A DNA stretch of 64,000 bases, from positions 147,098-211,097 of IMG/VR virus record IMGVR_UViG_3300016471_001002. One strand, 5' to 3'. The position numbers and the translations under genes were made by a program. Positions 20,693 through 31,261 of this stretch are shown here, piece after piece. The notes below the pieces were generated by a model. The model worked only from the letters and a program-made list of their open reading frames with translations, searched no databases and was not told where the DNA came from. Position 1 is the stretch's first letter, and the number at the start of each line of letters is the position of its first letter. The stretch comes from a virus. Its lineage: Duplodnaviria > Caudoviricetes.

Positions 20693-22309
20693 ATGTCATC
20701 TGAACAAGAGCAAAGTAATGTTGGGATTGTCTTTTCAAAAGACGCAAGAAAGAAGCTTTACAACGGTCTAAGATTAGCTGCTGAAGCCGTAAGCTGCACT
20801 TTAGGCCCGAATGGAAAAACAGTTTTAATTCAAAACGGTAATAATTCTCCAATCATAACCAAAGACGGAGTAACTGTAAGCAAATCAATCAAGCTTCCAG
20901 ATCCTTTGGAAATGATGGGAGCCCAGCTGCTAAGAGAAGCTGCTTCTCAAACCAACGATGTCGCTGGAGATGGAACGACAACATCGACTGTTTTAACTCA
21001 TGCTTTGGTAAAAGAAGGCGTCAAATTACTTGATGCTGGATACAATTCAAAAAAGCTTTGTGAAGGATTTGATCTAGCTTCCAAGACTATTACGAGCTTT
21101 CTGTCGATGATGTCTACTCCGGTTGAATCATCAGAAAAAATAAAACAAATCGGAACGATTAGCGCAAACGGTGATGAAAAAATTGGTGAAATCATTGCTG
21201 CAGCGATGGATAAGGTTGGAAAAGATGGAATCATAACAGTTGAAGACGCAAAAGGAACTGCAACTAGCTTTGATGTTGTCGACGGCATGCAATTTGACAG
21301 AGGATATCTTTCTCCTTACTTCGTTACAAATAACGAAAAAATGCATTCAATGTATAATGATGCATACGTTTTAGTTACAGACAAGAAGATTTCTACGATA
21401 AAGGAAATTCTTCAAATTCTTGAAAGAATTGTTGAAGTAAGAAAACCTCTGTTGATCGTCGCAGATGATGTTGAAGGAGAAGCTTTACAGGGGTTGGTTT
21501 TAAATAGAGTTAAAACTCAATTACAGGTTGTTGCAATCAAAGCACCTGGATTTGGCCCATCAAGAACCGACTATTTGAATGATATTTGCGTTCTAACCGG
21601 TGCTACATTAATTTCAAGCATTAATGGAATCACTTTAGACAAAGCTACGTTGAATGAGCTTGGTAAAACAAAGAAGATTGTAGTAGATGCAAAATCTACG
21701 ACCATTGTTGGAACAGAATCTTCTCAAGAAAAAGTAAGTTCACATGTAGAAGATTTGAGAACACGAGCTACTGACATTACGTTGGGTCATGAAGAATTGT
21801 CTGCATTAAAAATGAGAATTGCAAGATTATCTTCGGGTGTTGCAATCATTAAGGTTGGAGGTGCAACTGAAATTGAAATGATCGAACGAAAGTACAGAAT
21901 AGAAGATGCCCTTCATGCAACTCGAGCTGCAGCAGAAGATGGAATCGTTCCCGGAGGAGGTTCAGCATTGTTCTATGCTGCAGAAGAATCAAAAGCTGTT
22001 CTTCTTAGTGCAGATCATGATAGAGATGTCCTTGCAGGAATTGAGGTCGTTCTAAAAGCTTGCAAGGCTCCGTTGAGAAGAATCGTAGAAAATTCAGATA
22101 AATCATCTGACGTTGTTGAAGATGAAATGCTAAGAAATAAGGGTCAAAAATTAGGATATGATGCATCAACTGGAAGGTTTATCGATTTAATTGCAGCAGG
22201 TATAATTGATCCAGCCAAAGTGACAAAAACGGCCCTAAAAAATTCAACTTCTGTAGCAAAGTTGTTTATGACTTTGGACGCCGTCGTTTTAAATGACTCC
22301 AAGGTATAA
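20693..22309 (+). CDS. groEL: chaperonin GroEL (Cpn60)
   Basis: TLGPNGK, ITKDGVTV, AGDGTTTSTVL, GMQFDRGYLSPYF, KAPGFG, VGGATEIE, GIVPGGG, GIIDPAKV. Confidence 0.96.
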   Translation: MSSEQEQSNVGIVFSKDARKKLYNGLRLAAEAVSCTLGPNGKTVLIQNGNNSPIITKDGVTVSKSIKLPDPLEMMGAQLLREAASQTNDVAGDGTTTSTVLTHALVKEGVKLLDAGYNSKKLCEGFDLASKTITSFLSMMSTPVESSEKIKQIGTISANGDEKIGEIIAAAMDKVGKDGIITVEDAKGTATSFDVVDGMQFDRGYLSPYFVTNNEKMHSMYNDAYVLVTDKKISTIKEILQILERIVEVRKPLLIVADDVEGEALQGLVLNRVKTQLQVVAIKAPGFGPSRTDYLNDICVLTGATLISSINGITLDKATLNELGKTKKIVVDAKSTTIVGTESSQEKVSSHVEDLRTRATDITLGHEELSALKMRIARLSSGVAIIKVGGATEIEMIERKYRIEDALHATRAAAEDGIVPGGGSALFYAAEESKAVLLSADHDRDVLAGIEVVLKACKAPLRRIVENSDKSSDVVEDEMLRNKGQKLGYDASTGRFIDLIAAGIIDPAKVTKTALKNSTSVAKLFMTLDAVVLNDSKV

Positions 22310-22312
22310 AGT

Positions 22313-22519
22313 TTGCTAAATAAGATTAACAACGGAGACCTAGTTTATCACATCTTTAAAACAAAGTGTGGTATAGTTGTATGTTCTAAACCATCAAACA
22401 GCTATCCTAGTAAACACGTAGAAAATGTTTCTGAAAGCTATCATTTGAATCATTATGTTCTTTTTGAAGATTTAATAGAAGGACCTTTTCTTTCAAGCGA
22501 GCTATCTAAGGTAAGTTAA
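22313..22519 (+). CDS. small SH3/KOW-like hypothetical protein
   Basis: NGDLVYH motif. Confidence 0.45.
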   Translation: MLNKINNGDLVYHIFKTKCGIVVCSKPSNSYPSKHVENVSESYHLNHYVLFEDLIEGPFLSSELSKVS

Positions 22520-22926
22520 TGATTGAAAATAGTTCTTCATATTCAATTTCAGGAAATTGTGAATTTGATCTTCCGAATTTCATGAATACGATTGAATCGT
22601 TTTATGATGATGGATCAATTTCTATCGTTTCTTGTGGCATTCATCCAAAAACAAAAGAGCTGATCATTTTAACATCTAGTTGTATATTAAAAGAATTAAA
22701 TCTAGATCATTTCTTTCATTCTAAAAAAAATATTCTAAATGTCTATCCAATTCATAATGGATCAATTTTAGAATTTATTTTTGATGATATGATCGTCACT
22801 GTTGATGCGGAAGATATTTTAAGTTTATCGAAAGAATTACAACTCATGAACCTCGAAATAGGTATGAATCATGAAGATAACAATGTTGGCCCTGAGAAAA
22901 ATGATCAGGGAAGAAATGGAACGTAA
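22519..22926 (+). CDS. hypothetical protein
   Basis: 135 aa; TAATG coupling. Confidence 0.5.
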   Translation: MIENSSSYSISGNCEFDLPNFMNTIESFYDDGSISIVSCGIHPKTKELIILTSSCILKELNLDHFFHSKKNILNVYPIHNGSILEFIFDDMIVTVDAEDILSLSKELQLMNLEIGMNHEDNNVGPEKNDQGRNGT

Positions 22927-23086
22927 TCTTAGATGGACTGCAGGAATTGCAATGAATGGTGCTAGGTTAAGTCAACCAGGCAGAGGCATAACATACGGAG
23001 TTCCACCAGGACTTGGAAAAGATTCTGGTGATGAAATTGAAGAAAAGGAGAATGAAGAGTTAGTTTATGAAGAAGAATCGTCATGA
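22871..23086 (+). CDS. small protein with shared MKITxxxLRKMIREE leader
   Basis: MKITMLALRKMIREEM. Confidence 0.65.
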   Translation: MKITMLALRKMIREEMERNLRWTAGIAMNGARLSQPGRGITYGVPPGLGKDSGDEIEEKENEELVYEEESS

Positions 23087-23306
23087 TATGAATGATCGCG
23101 AAGATAGAATGGAATTAATCGGTAAAGTAGTTGAGTCGCTTCCTGGAACGTTGTTTGAAGTTAAAACTACAACAGGACAAACTGTTTTAGCAACATTATC
23201 AGGTAAGATGAGACAAAACCACATTATGGTTTTGCCCGGCGATGAGGTTATCATTGAGGTGTCGCCTTACGATACTACGCGGGGACGCATTATGCGGCGA
23301 AGATGA
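23067..23306 (+). CDS. infA: translation initiation factor IF-1
   Basis: GKVVESLPGTLFEV...LATLSGKMRQNHIMVLPGDEVIIEVSPYDTTRGRI (S1/OB fold IF-1 signature); true start may be slightly downstream. Confidence 0.93.
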   Translation: MKKNRHDMNDREDRMELIGKVVESLPGTLFEVKTTTGQTVLATLSGKMRQNHIMVLPGDEVIIEVSPYDTTRGRIMRRR

Positions 23307-23497
23307 TACCTACAACATACTTAATAATATAAAAAAACAAAAAAGAGGAGAACTAAAATGTTCCAAAATTGGATTGAACAACATCCTTACATTTTTGCGT
23401 TTTTAGTTTTTTATGGAATTACATCAATATGTCATTCGGTAGTAAAGACCTCAGCATATAAATACAATAAAAACTTTCATGAATAAGATAGTTAATC

Positions 23498-23815
23498 TTG
23501 ATGAATAGCTCAAAAGATTTTATCTTAAGACATTATATACGTTGCATTTTGCAAGAAGCATATTATAGCAACGTAGATGGTCCTCATCTAACAAATTTAA
23601 TGTCTCCTCATCTTTCTCAAAGAGATGAAATTCCTTATTTAGGAAAGAAGAGAAAAAAAGAAGAAGATGAAATTTCAGCTCATTTAATGGAACCAGAGTT
23701 TGACATGGAAGATTGCTATGGACCGGTTCCTCCACTTGCTCAAGAGCCAGGGGTGTTCATCGATCCGTACACACAAAATTGGCATGTTACTCCTAAAGCC
23801 GACCATCGTAGATAA
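23498..23815 (+). CDS. hypothetical protein with leader-like N-terminus
   Basis: ATAGTTA-N6-ATG(23501); ILRHYIRCILQE. Confidence 0.6.
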   Translation: MMNSSKDFILRHYIRCILQEAYYSNVDGPHLTNLMSPHLSQRDEIPYLGKKRKKEEDEISAHLMEPEFDMEDCYGPVPPLAQEPGVFIDPYTQNWHVTPKADHRR

Positions 23816-23818
23816 TCA

Positions 23819-24217
23819 ATGTTTCTAGCTTTACGACACAAGTTACGAGTCTTTACATCGAAGATTCGAGAAAAGAAGAAAGAAAAACGAAGATCGAAAG
23901 ATTGGTCTGAAGTAAGAGATAATTTTCTTTCTTTGAATCCAACATGTGCTGCATGCGGAGGAACTGAAAAATTGCAGGTTCACCATATAATTCCTTTTCA
24001 TGTGAATGAAAAATTGGAACTTGACGAAAATAATCTCATAACTTTATGCATGGGAAAAGATGAATGTCATCTTGCAATTGGTCACGGAGATTCTTGGAAA
24101 TGTTATAACCCTCGTGTGGAAAGAGACGCAAGAAAATATTTGTCTTCTGATGAAGGTCATAGACGATTTTTGATAGAAGAAATTAAATCAAAAAGATTTC
24201 ATTCTTCAAAGGCATGA
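23819..24217 (+). CDS. HNH endonuclease
   Basis: CAACGG...LQVHHIIPFH...NNLITLC...CHLAIGH. Confidence 0.85.
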   Translation: MFLALRHKLRVFTSKIREKKKEKRRSKDWSEVRDNFLSLNPTCAACGGTEKLQVHHIIPFHVNEKLELDENNLITLCMGKDECHLAIGHGDSWKCYNPRVERDARKYLSSDEGHRRFLIEEIKSKRFHSSKA

Positions 24218-24471
24218 GAAACATTCCACCAATCTGTCCATCCTGTTCCCGAAGGCGTCATGATTTTAATCATAACTTGTCCTATGCTGTCCATATCAAC
24301 TTTTATTTCTAAAATAACGCCTGAAGAACCTATGGGCCAAGAGGGGCATGTTTCCCAATCTGACATCCACTCATATGCGTTTTTTCGCAACATGATAGGA
24401 TGAAACTTTTTTACAGGTATGACAATATCTCCAATTCGGAACTTAAGTCCCGAATGTTGATCATCTCTCAT
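24199..24471 (-). CDS. small SH3/KOW-like hypothetical protein
   Basis: FRIGDIV...GTGW. Confidence 0.55.
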   Translation of the reverse strand: MRDDQHSGLKFRIGDIVIPVKKFHPIMLRKNAYEWMSDWETCPSWPIGSSGVILEIKVDMDSIGQVMIKIMTPSGTGWTDWWNVSHAFEE

Positions 24472-24483
24472 ATTGTTAAGTAT

Positions 24484-24897
24484 CTAAGACAACGATTCCC
24501 AAGCGATTTTAAACATTGATTTATGATATGCTAAAAGTTGGCAAATCATCGGCGGATTTGATTTTAACATTTCAAGTCCAAACACTTGTGTTTCATCCAC
24601 AATTAGTTGTTTTAATTCTAAAATAACATGTGGATCATTATCAGAAGTATTTTCTAAAAATTTACAGTCAGGCACCGTGAACAAGTAAGGACCATATTTG
24701 TGAGGAATAAACATGTCACCAGGGTTTGAACATCCTATGATCATGAAAACATCTTGTTCGTTTGGATTTTCTGCAAAAAATCCCCAACAATTCATGATAT
24801 CTGACCAAACCCTGGATTTATTATCTTCTTGCTTTATTTTTTCTTGCGCTGCTCGTCTTATTAAATCTAAGCCGTGTACTTCAGATAAATTTCGCAT
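24484..24897 (-). CDS. hypothetical protein
   Basis: 137-aa ORF downstream of the fibre cluster. Confidence 0.55.
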   Translation of the reverse strand: MRNLSEVHGLDLIRRAAQEKIKQEDNKSRVWSDIMNCWGFFAENPNEQDVFMIIGCSNPGDMFIPHKYGPYLFTVPDCKFLENTSDNDPHVILELKQLIVDETQVFGLEMLKSNPPMICQLLAYHKSMFKIAWESLS

Positions 24898-24915
24898 GGA
24901 AGATATTCTGACCTA

Positions 24916-25884
24916 TTAAGTCTGCAATTTGTAAAGATAAGCTTCTGTTTCTTGTCCAAATCCATTTGTTGCAGTTGAATTAAGACGTATCGACGTTAGA
25001 TTATTTGTAGTATTTGACCAATCAAGATAACCTTGATATGTATAATAAGTCTGTGTTCCAGTTGTCACACCAGTAGATGTTGAATATCTCGTATATTCAA
25101 AGTGCACCATTCTTCTTGGCCTTGCTGCCCAGATGTGCATTGTTATTTCCCAAGTATCATATGTGCTGGACCCAGCGTATTCTCCTGAATTTGCGCTTGA
25201 AGCTCCAACAGTCCCATTTGAAGCCTGTCCGGCGTTGACTACTATAGTTAGACCGGTAGAACTTCCATTTGGATAGAAATTATATGCAGAATTTGTGTTG
25301 TTTTTCACTAATCTGTGCTTGAGAACGTAGATTCTATCACTGTCACCATCGAGTCCAGAAAAATCTATGTTTGTTCTTGTTGATCCAGCTGTACTGCTAG
25401 CAACAAGAATTAAGCTACTACCTCCTGAACTGCTTCCTGAAGCCCCTTGAGAGCCAGCACTTCCTTGAGCTCCTTGAGAACCTTTGCCTCCTTGTGGTCC
25501 TTGGCTTCCTTGTGAACCTTGAGATCCTTGCAAACCTTGGGGACCAATCCCTGCTGCCCCTTGTGGTCCTTGTGATCCTTGTGAACCTTGGGTTCCTTGA
25601 GGACCAGATGCTCCTGGATTACCTTGGGTTCCTTGGGGTCCGATGGCTCCTTGAGCCCCTTGTGGTCCTGAACCTCCTTCTGAAGCTCCTGATGAAGAAA
25701 TAGCGGGTTTTACATTTGAATATGTTTGAAGAAGAACCCAACTAGTTCCTCCTTGACATTCATACACGCTTCCATTCGTGTGCTTTGCAAGAGACTTTGC
25801 CGTTGAAGAAACAACACCGTTTGGGTTTGAATTAACCTTTAAAATTTCTACAGACCCTAAATTTTTTCTTGATAAGATTGCCAT
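24916..25884 (-). CDS. collagen-like fibre protein (paralogue 3)
   Basis: MAILSRKNLGSVEILKV N-term; G-X-Q repeats; FSGLDGDSDxxY C-terminal domain. Confidence 0.85.
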   Translation of the reverse strand: MAILSRKNLGSVEILKVNSNPNGVVSSTAKSLAKHTNGSVYECQGGTSWVLLQTYSNVKPAISSSGASEGGSGPQGAQGAIGPQGTQGNPGASGPQGTQGSQGSQGPQGAAGIGPQGLQGSQGSQGSQGPQGGKGSQGAQGSAGSQGASGSSSGGSSLILVASSTAGSTRTNIDFSGLDGDSDRIYVLKHRLVKNNTNSAYNFYPNGSSTGLTIVVNAGQASNGTVGASSANSGEYAGSSTYDTWEITMHIWAARPRRMVHFEYTRYSTSTGVTTGTQTYYTYQGYLDWSNTTNNLTSIRLNSTATNGFGQETEAYLYKLQT

Positions 25885-25886
25885 GA

Positions 25887-26837
25887 CTATACCTCATACC
25901 TGTAAAGATGAAATGAACTACCAGATGCAATGACTGATTGAACTGAATTATTTGACCCAAGATAACTTGCGATTTGTAAGGATGTCAAATTATCTGTAGT
26001 GTTATTCCATCTACCGGCTCCTTCCGCACAAAAAGTAGTAGGTCCTCCCACCGTGTATCCACACCATCTGTCATTTGTATATCTTGCATATGAGCTTGAT
26101 GCTTTGATTTCTACTTTAGAAAAATAGTAGCTTGTACCGCCGGCAGAACCTAACCAATATCTGCTATTCCTATTAGCAAATCCGTGAGTTCCTGTCCTAA
26201 GAGTTGAACGATATACTTGTGTGACATTTGCATCAGATTCAGTACCATTGAAGTTTAATTGCATGGTATAAGACGTTGAAGTACTTCCTGCAAATGTAAA
26301 TCTAGAAAATAGAACATAATGTTTATCGGCGTTTCCATCTAATCCCGAGAAAGTAACTGATGAAGTTGTGTTAGTGACATATTTGCTTTCTATAAGAACT
26401 AATCCGCCTCCTGATGAAAAAACGCCTTGGGAACCTTGCGCTCCTTGAACTCCTTGGTCTCCTTGGTCTCCTTGTGATCCTTGTGGACCTTGTGGACCTT
26501 CTAATCCTTGAGTTCCTTGTGGACCTTCTAATCCTTGAGATCCTTGAGAACCTTGTGCTCCTTGGGGGCCTTGTGCACCTTGAGCTCCTTGTGGGCCTTG
26601 GTTTCCTGCTGCTCCTTGTGGTCCTGTATTTCCTTGTGATCCTTGAGCGCCGGTCGGACCGGAACCAGATTGAGATGCAAGGAATGACCATGTTGATCCG
26701 TCTAATGTCTTATATGTCGCCCCGCTGGGTGATAATTTTGCAAGAGATCCAGGAAGCGCCGTGACGCCAGACAAGGAACTGACCTTTAAGATTTCTATAT
26801 TATTAAAGTTTCTTCTAGATAATATCGTCATGATCAA
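25887..26837 (-). CDS. collagen-like fibre protein (paralogue 2)
   Basis: [17 protein letters not shown]; G-X-Q repeats; [12 protein letters not shown]. Confidence 0.85.
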   Translation of the reverse strand: MIMTILSRRNFNNIEILKVSSLSGVTALPGSLAKLSPSGATYKTLDGSTWSFLASQSGSGPTGAQGSQGNTGPQGAAGNQGPQGAQGAQGPQGAQGSQGSQGLEGPQGTQGLEGPQGPQGSQGDQGDQGVQGAQGSQGVFSSGGGLVLIESKYVTNTTSSVTFSGLDGNADKHYVLFSRFTFAGSTSTSYTMQLNFNGTESDANVTQVYRSTLRTGTHGFANRNSRYWLGSAGGTSYYFSKVEIKASSSYARYTNDRWCGYTVGGPTTFCAEGAGRWNNTTDNLTSLQIASYLGSNNSVQSVIASGSSFHLYRYEV

Positions 26838-27835
26838 ACCTCATATTTGTAAAGATAAAATTCACTACCGACCCCTATTGCATTCTCCGACGTGGCGTTG
26901 TTGGACATGGTGTCGATTACTAGAGAAGTAATATTTGTTGAAGAGTCAAGCAAGTTTCCCATCCACCTAAAAGATCTCAATGCGCCAGCACCAGGCTCTT
27001 TAGCTGTAGAATCGATTTTAAAAGTTCTCTTAGCACCTGATCTTGCCCCAATCTCAACAAATGAAATTCCTTCAACGCCAGCTGTTCCTTGTAGTATTTG
27101 TATTACAGCTGTGGCGCCCACCACGCCCGAACTTTGAGTCGAACCATTCTGGACATAATATGCATTTCTATGATTTGAAGTACTTCCATTCGGTTTTAAA
27201 TTGACATACACTGGCAAGGAACCAGCTGTTACATTTCTGATAAAACACCTTAGATAATAATTTTTATCTACGTCGCCATCTAATCCAGAGAATGTCACTG
27301 AAGTTACCGCAGAACCTGTGATGACTTGACTAGAAATTAAAGTAAGCCCTGCTCCACCGCCTACACCACTTGAAGCCCCTTGAGAGCCTTGAGGGCCTTG
27401 TAATCCCTGAGCACCTGCGTGTCCCGATGAACCTTGTTGGCCTTGTGAACCGACATGTCCAACCTGACCTTGAGCGCCAGGCGTACCGTTATGTCCGATT
27501 GGACCTTGAGCTCCTTGGGGTCCTACATCCCCTGTTGGGCCTTGTAATAAGCTAGATATACCTTGAGATCCTTGAGAACCTTGTGCTCCTTGTGGGCCTT
27601 GTGCACCCTGAGCTCCATTTTCCCCTGAGGAGCCTCCTGATATTTGAGAAACGTTAATAATGCTGGAAGAAACTAACATCCAAGAAGTTCCCCCAACACT
27701 TTGGTAAACAGCATTTGTGTTTGTGTTTTTTGCCAATGAACCAGCAGCAGCTGACACGCTACCATTCGGGTTGCTAGAGACTCTTAATATCTCTACATTC
27801 CCAAAATTACGTCTAGATAATACAGCCATGATCAA
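26834..27835 (-). CDS. collagen-like fibre protein (paralogue 1)
   Basis: [17 protein letters not shown]; G-X-Q repeats; [12 protein letters not shown]. Confidence 0.85.
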   Translation of the reverse strand: MIMAVLSRRNFGNVEILRVSSNPNGSVSAAAGSLAKNTNTNAVYQSVGGTSWMLVSSSIINVSQISGGSSGENGAQGAQGPQGAQGSQGSQGISSLLQGPTGDVGPQGAQGPIGHNGTPGAQGQVGHVGSQGQQGSSGHAGAQGLQGPQGSQGASSGVGGGAGLTLISSQVITGSAVTSVTFSGLDGDVDKNYYLRCFIRNVTAGSLPVYVNLKPNGSTSNHRNAYYVQNGSTQSSGVVGATAVIQILQGTAGVEGISFVEIGARSGAKRTFKIDSTAKEPGAGALRSFRWMGNLLDSSTNITSLVIDTMSNNATSENAIGVGSEFYLYKYEV

Positions 27836-28005
27836 AATCCTTTCTAGAAATACAGATCATGCTCGGCGCGCAGCAACATCCGCACACCAAACTATGCCAG
27901 AAATATTTATTTCACGGTTTACAAATTCTTTGTAGAATTTTAATTTTCTTTTATTAAAAATTACTATAATCGATGCATCAATATTAGAAGATCTTGGCGT
28001 TCTTA

Positions 28006-30135
28006 TTATGATACTATGAATTTTATTTTAAATGTTCCATTTATTGAGCTGGAACTGTGTGAATTAATTATTCTAATGTTAAAAGATCCGTTGGTTATTG
28101 AATCTACATGAATATATGGATGTCCGTTGGTTCCAAACGTGCCTGAATAGTCTCCAATAGAAGCAACAACGACTGAAGTCGAAGTCACGACATTGTTGTT
28201 TACCGTAAAACTTTGCGAGTTGTTTGAACCTATAGAAGCATTCACGGTCGTTATGACCCCAGAAGCAGAATTGACAGTAACAGAAGACGTCAAGCTACCT
28301 GTTTGAGTCACTGAAGCTCGTCCTATGTTAAAGCTATAACCTTTTGCTACTTCGAAGCTTCCGCTAACTGTAACTGCTCCCGTAAAAGTAGCACCAGTTG
28401 AAACTGAAAGTTCACCATCAACATTAATATCGTCTAAGACATTAAGAGTTCCTAGAATTGCAGCATCTCCAGACACAATTGCATTTCCAGTCGCAGACAA
28501 TCCACCTGCGCTATTTAAGGATCCTGATACTATAACATCACCGCCAAATAGAGAAATTTTAGGAGAAGATATCGAACCCAAGGTTCCGCTGACGTAGAAG
28601 AAAACATCTTGCCCTTTTTCTGCAGGTGAGCTAATCGGTTCTTGTCCTCTTAAAGCCAAAGAACCCGTTGTTATAATCGATGCGCTCGTTAAGCTAGAAA
28701 AGAAATTATCTCCGTTATTTCCTTGTGAACCTTGAAGACCTTGTTGCCCTGTTGATCCTTGGCTTCCTTGTGTGCCCTGAGGACCGGAAGATCCAGTTTC
28801 ACCTTGATACCCTTGGTGTCCTTGAAAACCTTGGGATCCTTGCTGTCCTATTTGACCTTGCCATCCTTGAGGACCAGCCTCTCCTTGTGCTCCTATAACG
28901 CCTTGGTTACCTTGAGACCCTTGACTTCCTTGTGCGCCTTGAACACCTTGTTGCCCTGTTAATCCTTGTGAACCTTGGTTTCCTTGAAGACCTTGTGGTC
29001 CTTGTGGCCCTTGGTACCCTTGAGAACCCTGCAACCCGGTTTCTCCTTGCGGTCCTTGGTTTCCTTGAAGACCTTGTGGTCCTGTGGACCCCATTTCTCC
29101 TTGAGGGCCTTGCGAACCAGTACTTCCTTGAAGGCCTTGATTTCCCATAACGCCTTGAAGACCAGTTTCGCCTTGGTATCCTTGAGGTCCAGCATAGCCT
29201 TGAGGACCCTGAGAACCAATCAACCCTTGGGGCCCTTGGTTTCCTGTGGCACCTTGCGATCCTACTGACCCTACTTCTCCTTGAGGACCTTGCGGCCCTG
29301 TGAGACCCGTCACACCAATTTCTCCTTGAGCGCCTTGTGAACCAGTACTTCCTTGGACGCCTTGTGGTCCTTGAAATCCTTCAGGCACATTCGATGAAAT
29401 TGTGATTGATCCATTAGATCCCGTAGTTATAGCTACGTTTGGACCTGCTATAAGATATGAAGATCCATCGATTAAATTTGTCAGTGATCCGCTCAATCCG
29501 TTGACAAATTTAACAGATCCTGTTACGTCTGCACCTGAAGAAATGTTAATTTTTCCTTCAACATTTACGTCGTCTAGAACCGTTAATGTTCCTAGAAACG
29601 CTCCATCTCCAGAGATCACAGAGTTTCCTGTTACAGATAATCCGCCTGCTGAATTTAATGAACCAGAGACTACAACGTCTCCTCCAAATAATGAAATTTT
29701 GGGAGAAGACGAACCGCCTAGCGTTCCGCTAACATAGAAGAAAACATCTTGTCCCTTTGCGGATGGAGAACTTATTTGTTCTTGTCCACGAAGTGCGACA
29801 GATCCAGTTGTGATGATGGAATTAGTCGTTGCGCTAGAAAAGAAATCTTGTCCTGAAGACCCGCCACCAGAAGCAGATCCAGATATTGCAAGATATTGAA
29901 TTGATCCTGATGAACCAACTATGTTGATCGTTATATTATCTCCAGCAAGGATCTTTGATGATAAGAACCCTGACGAAGAATCATTGATTGAAATCCTAGA
30001 TTTAGTGAAGTCTTTTTCAAGATCATCATCAATATCTGCCGACTTGATCGTACCGTCTTGTATCTGGCTGCCTTTTATTTGCGTAGTGCTCACGAGAATA
30101 TGTATCAACAATATAAAAAAGATATATTGATACAA
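28006..30135 (-). CDS. collagen-like tail fibre protein
   Basis: Long G-X-Q tract flanked by two copies of a FFSS..ITTGS.ALRGQE.ISSP..KGQDVFFYVSGTLG module; true start probably downstream of 30135. Confidence 0.85.
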   Translation of the reverse strand: MYQYIFFILLIHILVSTTQIKGSQIQDGTIKSADIDDDLEKDFTKSRISINDSSSGFLSSKILAGDNITINIVGSSGSIQYLAISGSASGGGSSGQDFFSSATTNSIITTGSVALRGQEQISSPSAKGQDVFFYVSGTLGGSSSPKISLFGGDVVVSGSLNSAGGLSVTGNSVISGDGAFLGTLTVLDDVNVEGKINISSGADVTGSVKFVNGLSGSLTNLIDGSSYLIAGPNVAITTGSNGSITISSNVPEGFQGPQGVQGSTGSQGAQGEIGVTGLTGPQGPQGEVGSVGSQGATGNQGPQGLIGSQGPQGYAGPQGYQGETGLQGVMGNQGLQGSTGSQGPQGEMGSTGPQGLQGNQGPQGETGLQGSQGYQGPQGPQGLQGNQGSQGLTGQQGVQGAQGSQGSQGNQGVIGAQGEAGPQGWQGQIGQQGSQGFQGHQGYQGETGSSGPQGTQGSQGSTGQQGLQGSQGNNGDNFFSSLTSASIITTGSLALRGQEPISSPAEKGQDVFFYVSGTLGSISSPKISLFGGDVIVSGSLNSAGGLSATGNAIVSGDAAILGTLNVLDDINVDGELSVSTGATFTGAVTVSGSFEVAKGYSFNIGRASVTQTGSLTSSVTVNSASGVITTVNASIGSNNSQSFTVNNNVVTSTSVVVASIGDYSGTFGTNGHPYIHVDSITNGSFNIRIINSHSSSSINGTFKIKFIVS

Positions 30136-30140
30136 TAGTT

Positions 30141-30530
30141 ATGACAAATAAAATGAGCAAAATTGATCCAAAAATCGTTGTTTTAAGACAGCTGATAAGA
30201 GAAATTATTGAATCTTCTTTATTAAACGAAGATAGCACACCAGGCGGAGGATTGACTGATTTTGGCGCAAAATTTAGAATTGAAAAATCCGGAGCAATTT
30301 CGGATGCAATGAAAGCTTTAGCTGCAACCGGTGGAGATGCTACTAAAGCAGCAAAATCTTTAGGAGTCAGTACAAGAAGAATGTACGATTACATCTCTAT
30401 GTCGCCGAAGCTCGACACAGCTCAAGATAAATTTCAAGATGAAGAAAGAAAAGAAAAAGAGACAGAAAAAAGATTATCCAAAGATAAAGATTCTGATGAT
30501 GACGAATCTTTAGAAGATGAAAAATTATAG
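30141..30530 (+). CDS. hypothetical protein with leader-like LRQLIREII motif and possible HTH
   Basis: ATKAAKSLGVSTRRMYDYI resembles a Fis-type helix-turn-helix. Confidence 0.55.
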   Translation: MTNKMSKIDPKIVVLRQLIREIIESSLLNEDSTPGGGLTDFGAKFRIEKSGAISDAMKALAATGGDATKAAKSLGVSTRRMYDYISMSPKLDTAQDKFQDEERKEKETEKRLSKDKDSDDDESLEDEKL

Positions 30531-31214
30531 AAGCTTTAGCTTTTCAATTAGCTTCGCCAAAGATTCTTTATTCATTTTTTCTGAAAGTTTTACTTCACCT
30601 TGTTTTCCTCCTCCGAACCAAGTTCCTTTGGGACAAATAGAGAACCATGTAGACATGGTTCGAGGATCAGAAGCTGGAAATCCTTGCCAGCAATTTTCCG
30701 TCGCAACAAATAGGAACACAAAATCTTTATTGATTCCAACGCTTTCAAAAATTTTAATTCTTTCGTTGAAAGAATTTTCCCATTCATTTCTGGCTCTTCC
30801 GAGGCTGGTTTTACATTCAATCACTCCGATGATCCTGTCATCCCTCCAAATTGCCACATCTGGTTTAACATATTTTCCTTTATCAATTTTTATGTTATTT
30901 TCTGATGTCACCTTAAGGCCTTTATGAATGAAATCTTTTGACCTCAACACAGCATCAATCATCATGATTGTGCATTCTGTAAAAACTTCAGAAATTGAAG
31001 GTTCTTTGATTCTATTGATGACTTCAGAAAGTGATCTTGATCGTCTCGCAGATTGATCAAGATATTTGCACATTCCAAGTTGAAGTTCTTCTGCAGAAAT
31101 TGTTCCATCAGCATAAGAGTCACATGCAATTGCATATGTGATCATCTCTTGAGTAGGAGACAATCCATCACACATCATTGTGCTTGAAATTCTTGAAAGC
31201 AAATTTGTACTCAT
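30525..31214 (-). CDS. PD-(D/E)xK restriction-endonuclease-like protein
   Basis: KPDVAIWRDDRIIGVIECKTSLG catalytic-like motif. Confidence 0.6.
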   Translation of the reverse strand: MSTNLLSRISSTMMCDGLSPTQEMITYAIACDSYADGTISAEELQLGMCKYLDQSARRSRSLSEVINRIKEPSISEVFTECTIMMIDAVLRSKDFIHKGLKVTSENNIKIDKGKYVKPDVAIWRDDRIIGVIECKTSLGRARNEWENSFNERIKIFESVGINKDFVFLFVATENCWQGFPASDPRTMSTWFSICPKGTWFGGGKQGEVKLSEKMNKESLAKLIEKLKLL

Positions 31215-31261
31215 GAATTTATCATATCATGAGATGTTAAAGTTTTATATTTTAAAAATCT

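Noticed and set aside
24916-30135. Tandem DNA repeats (CCTTG[A/T]G units) as a non-coding repeat or DGR
   Set aside because: They are the 9-nt periodicity of G-X-Q collagen codons; no reverse transcriptase or TR/VR pair is seen
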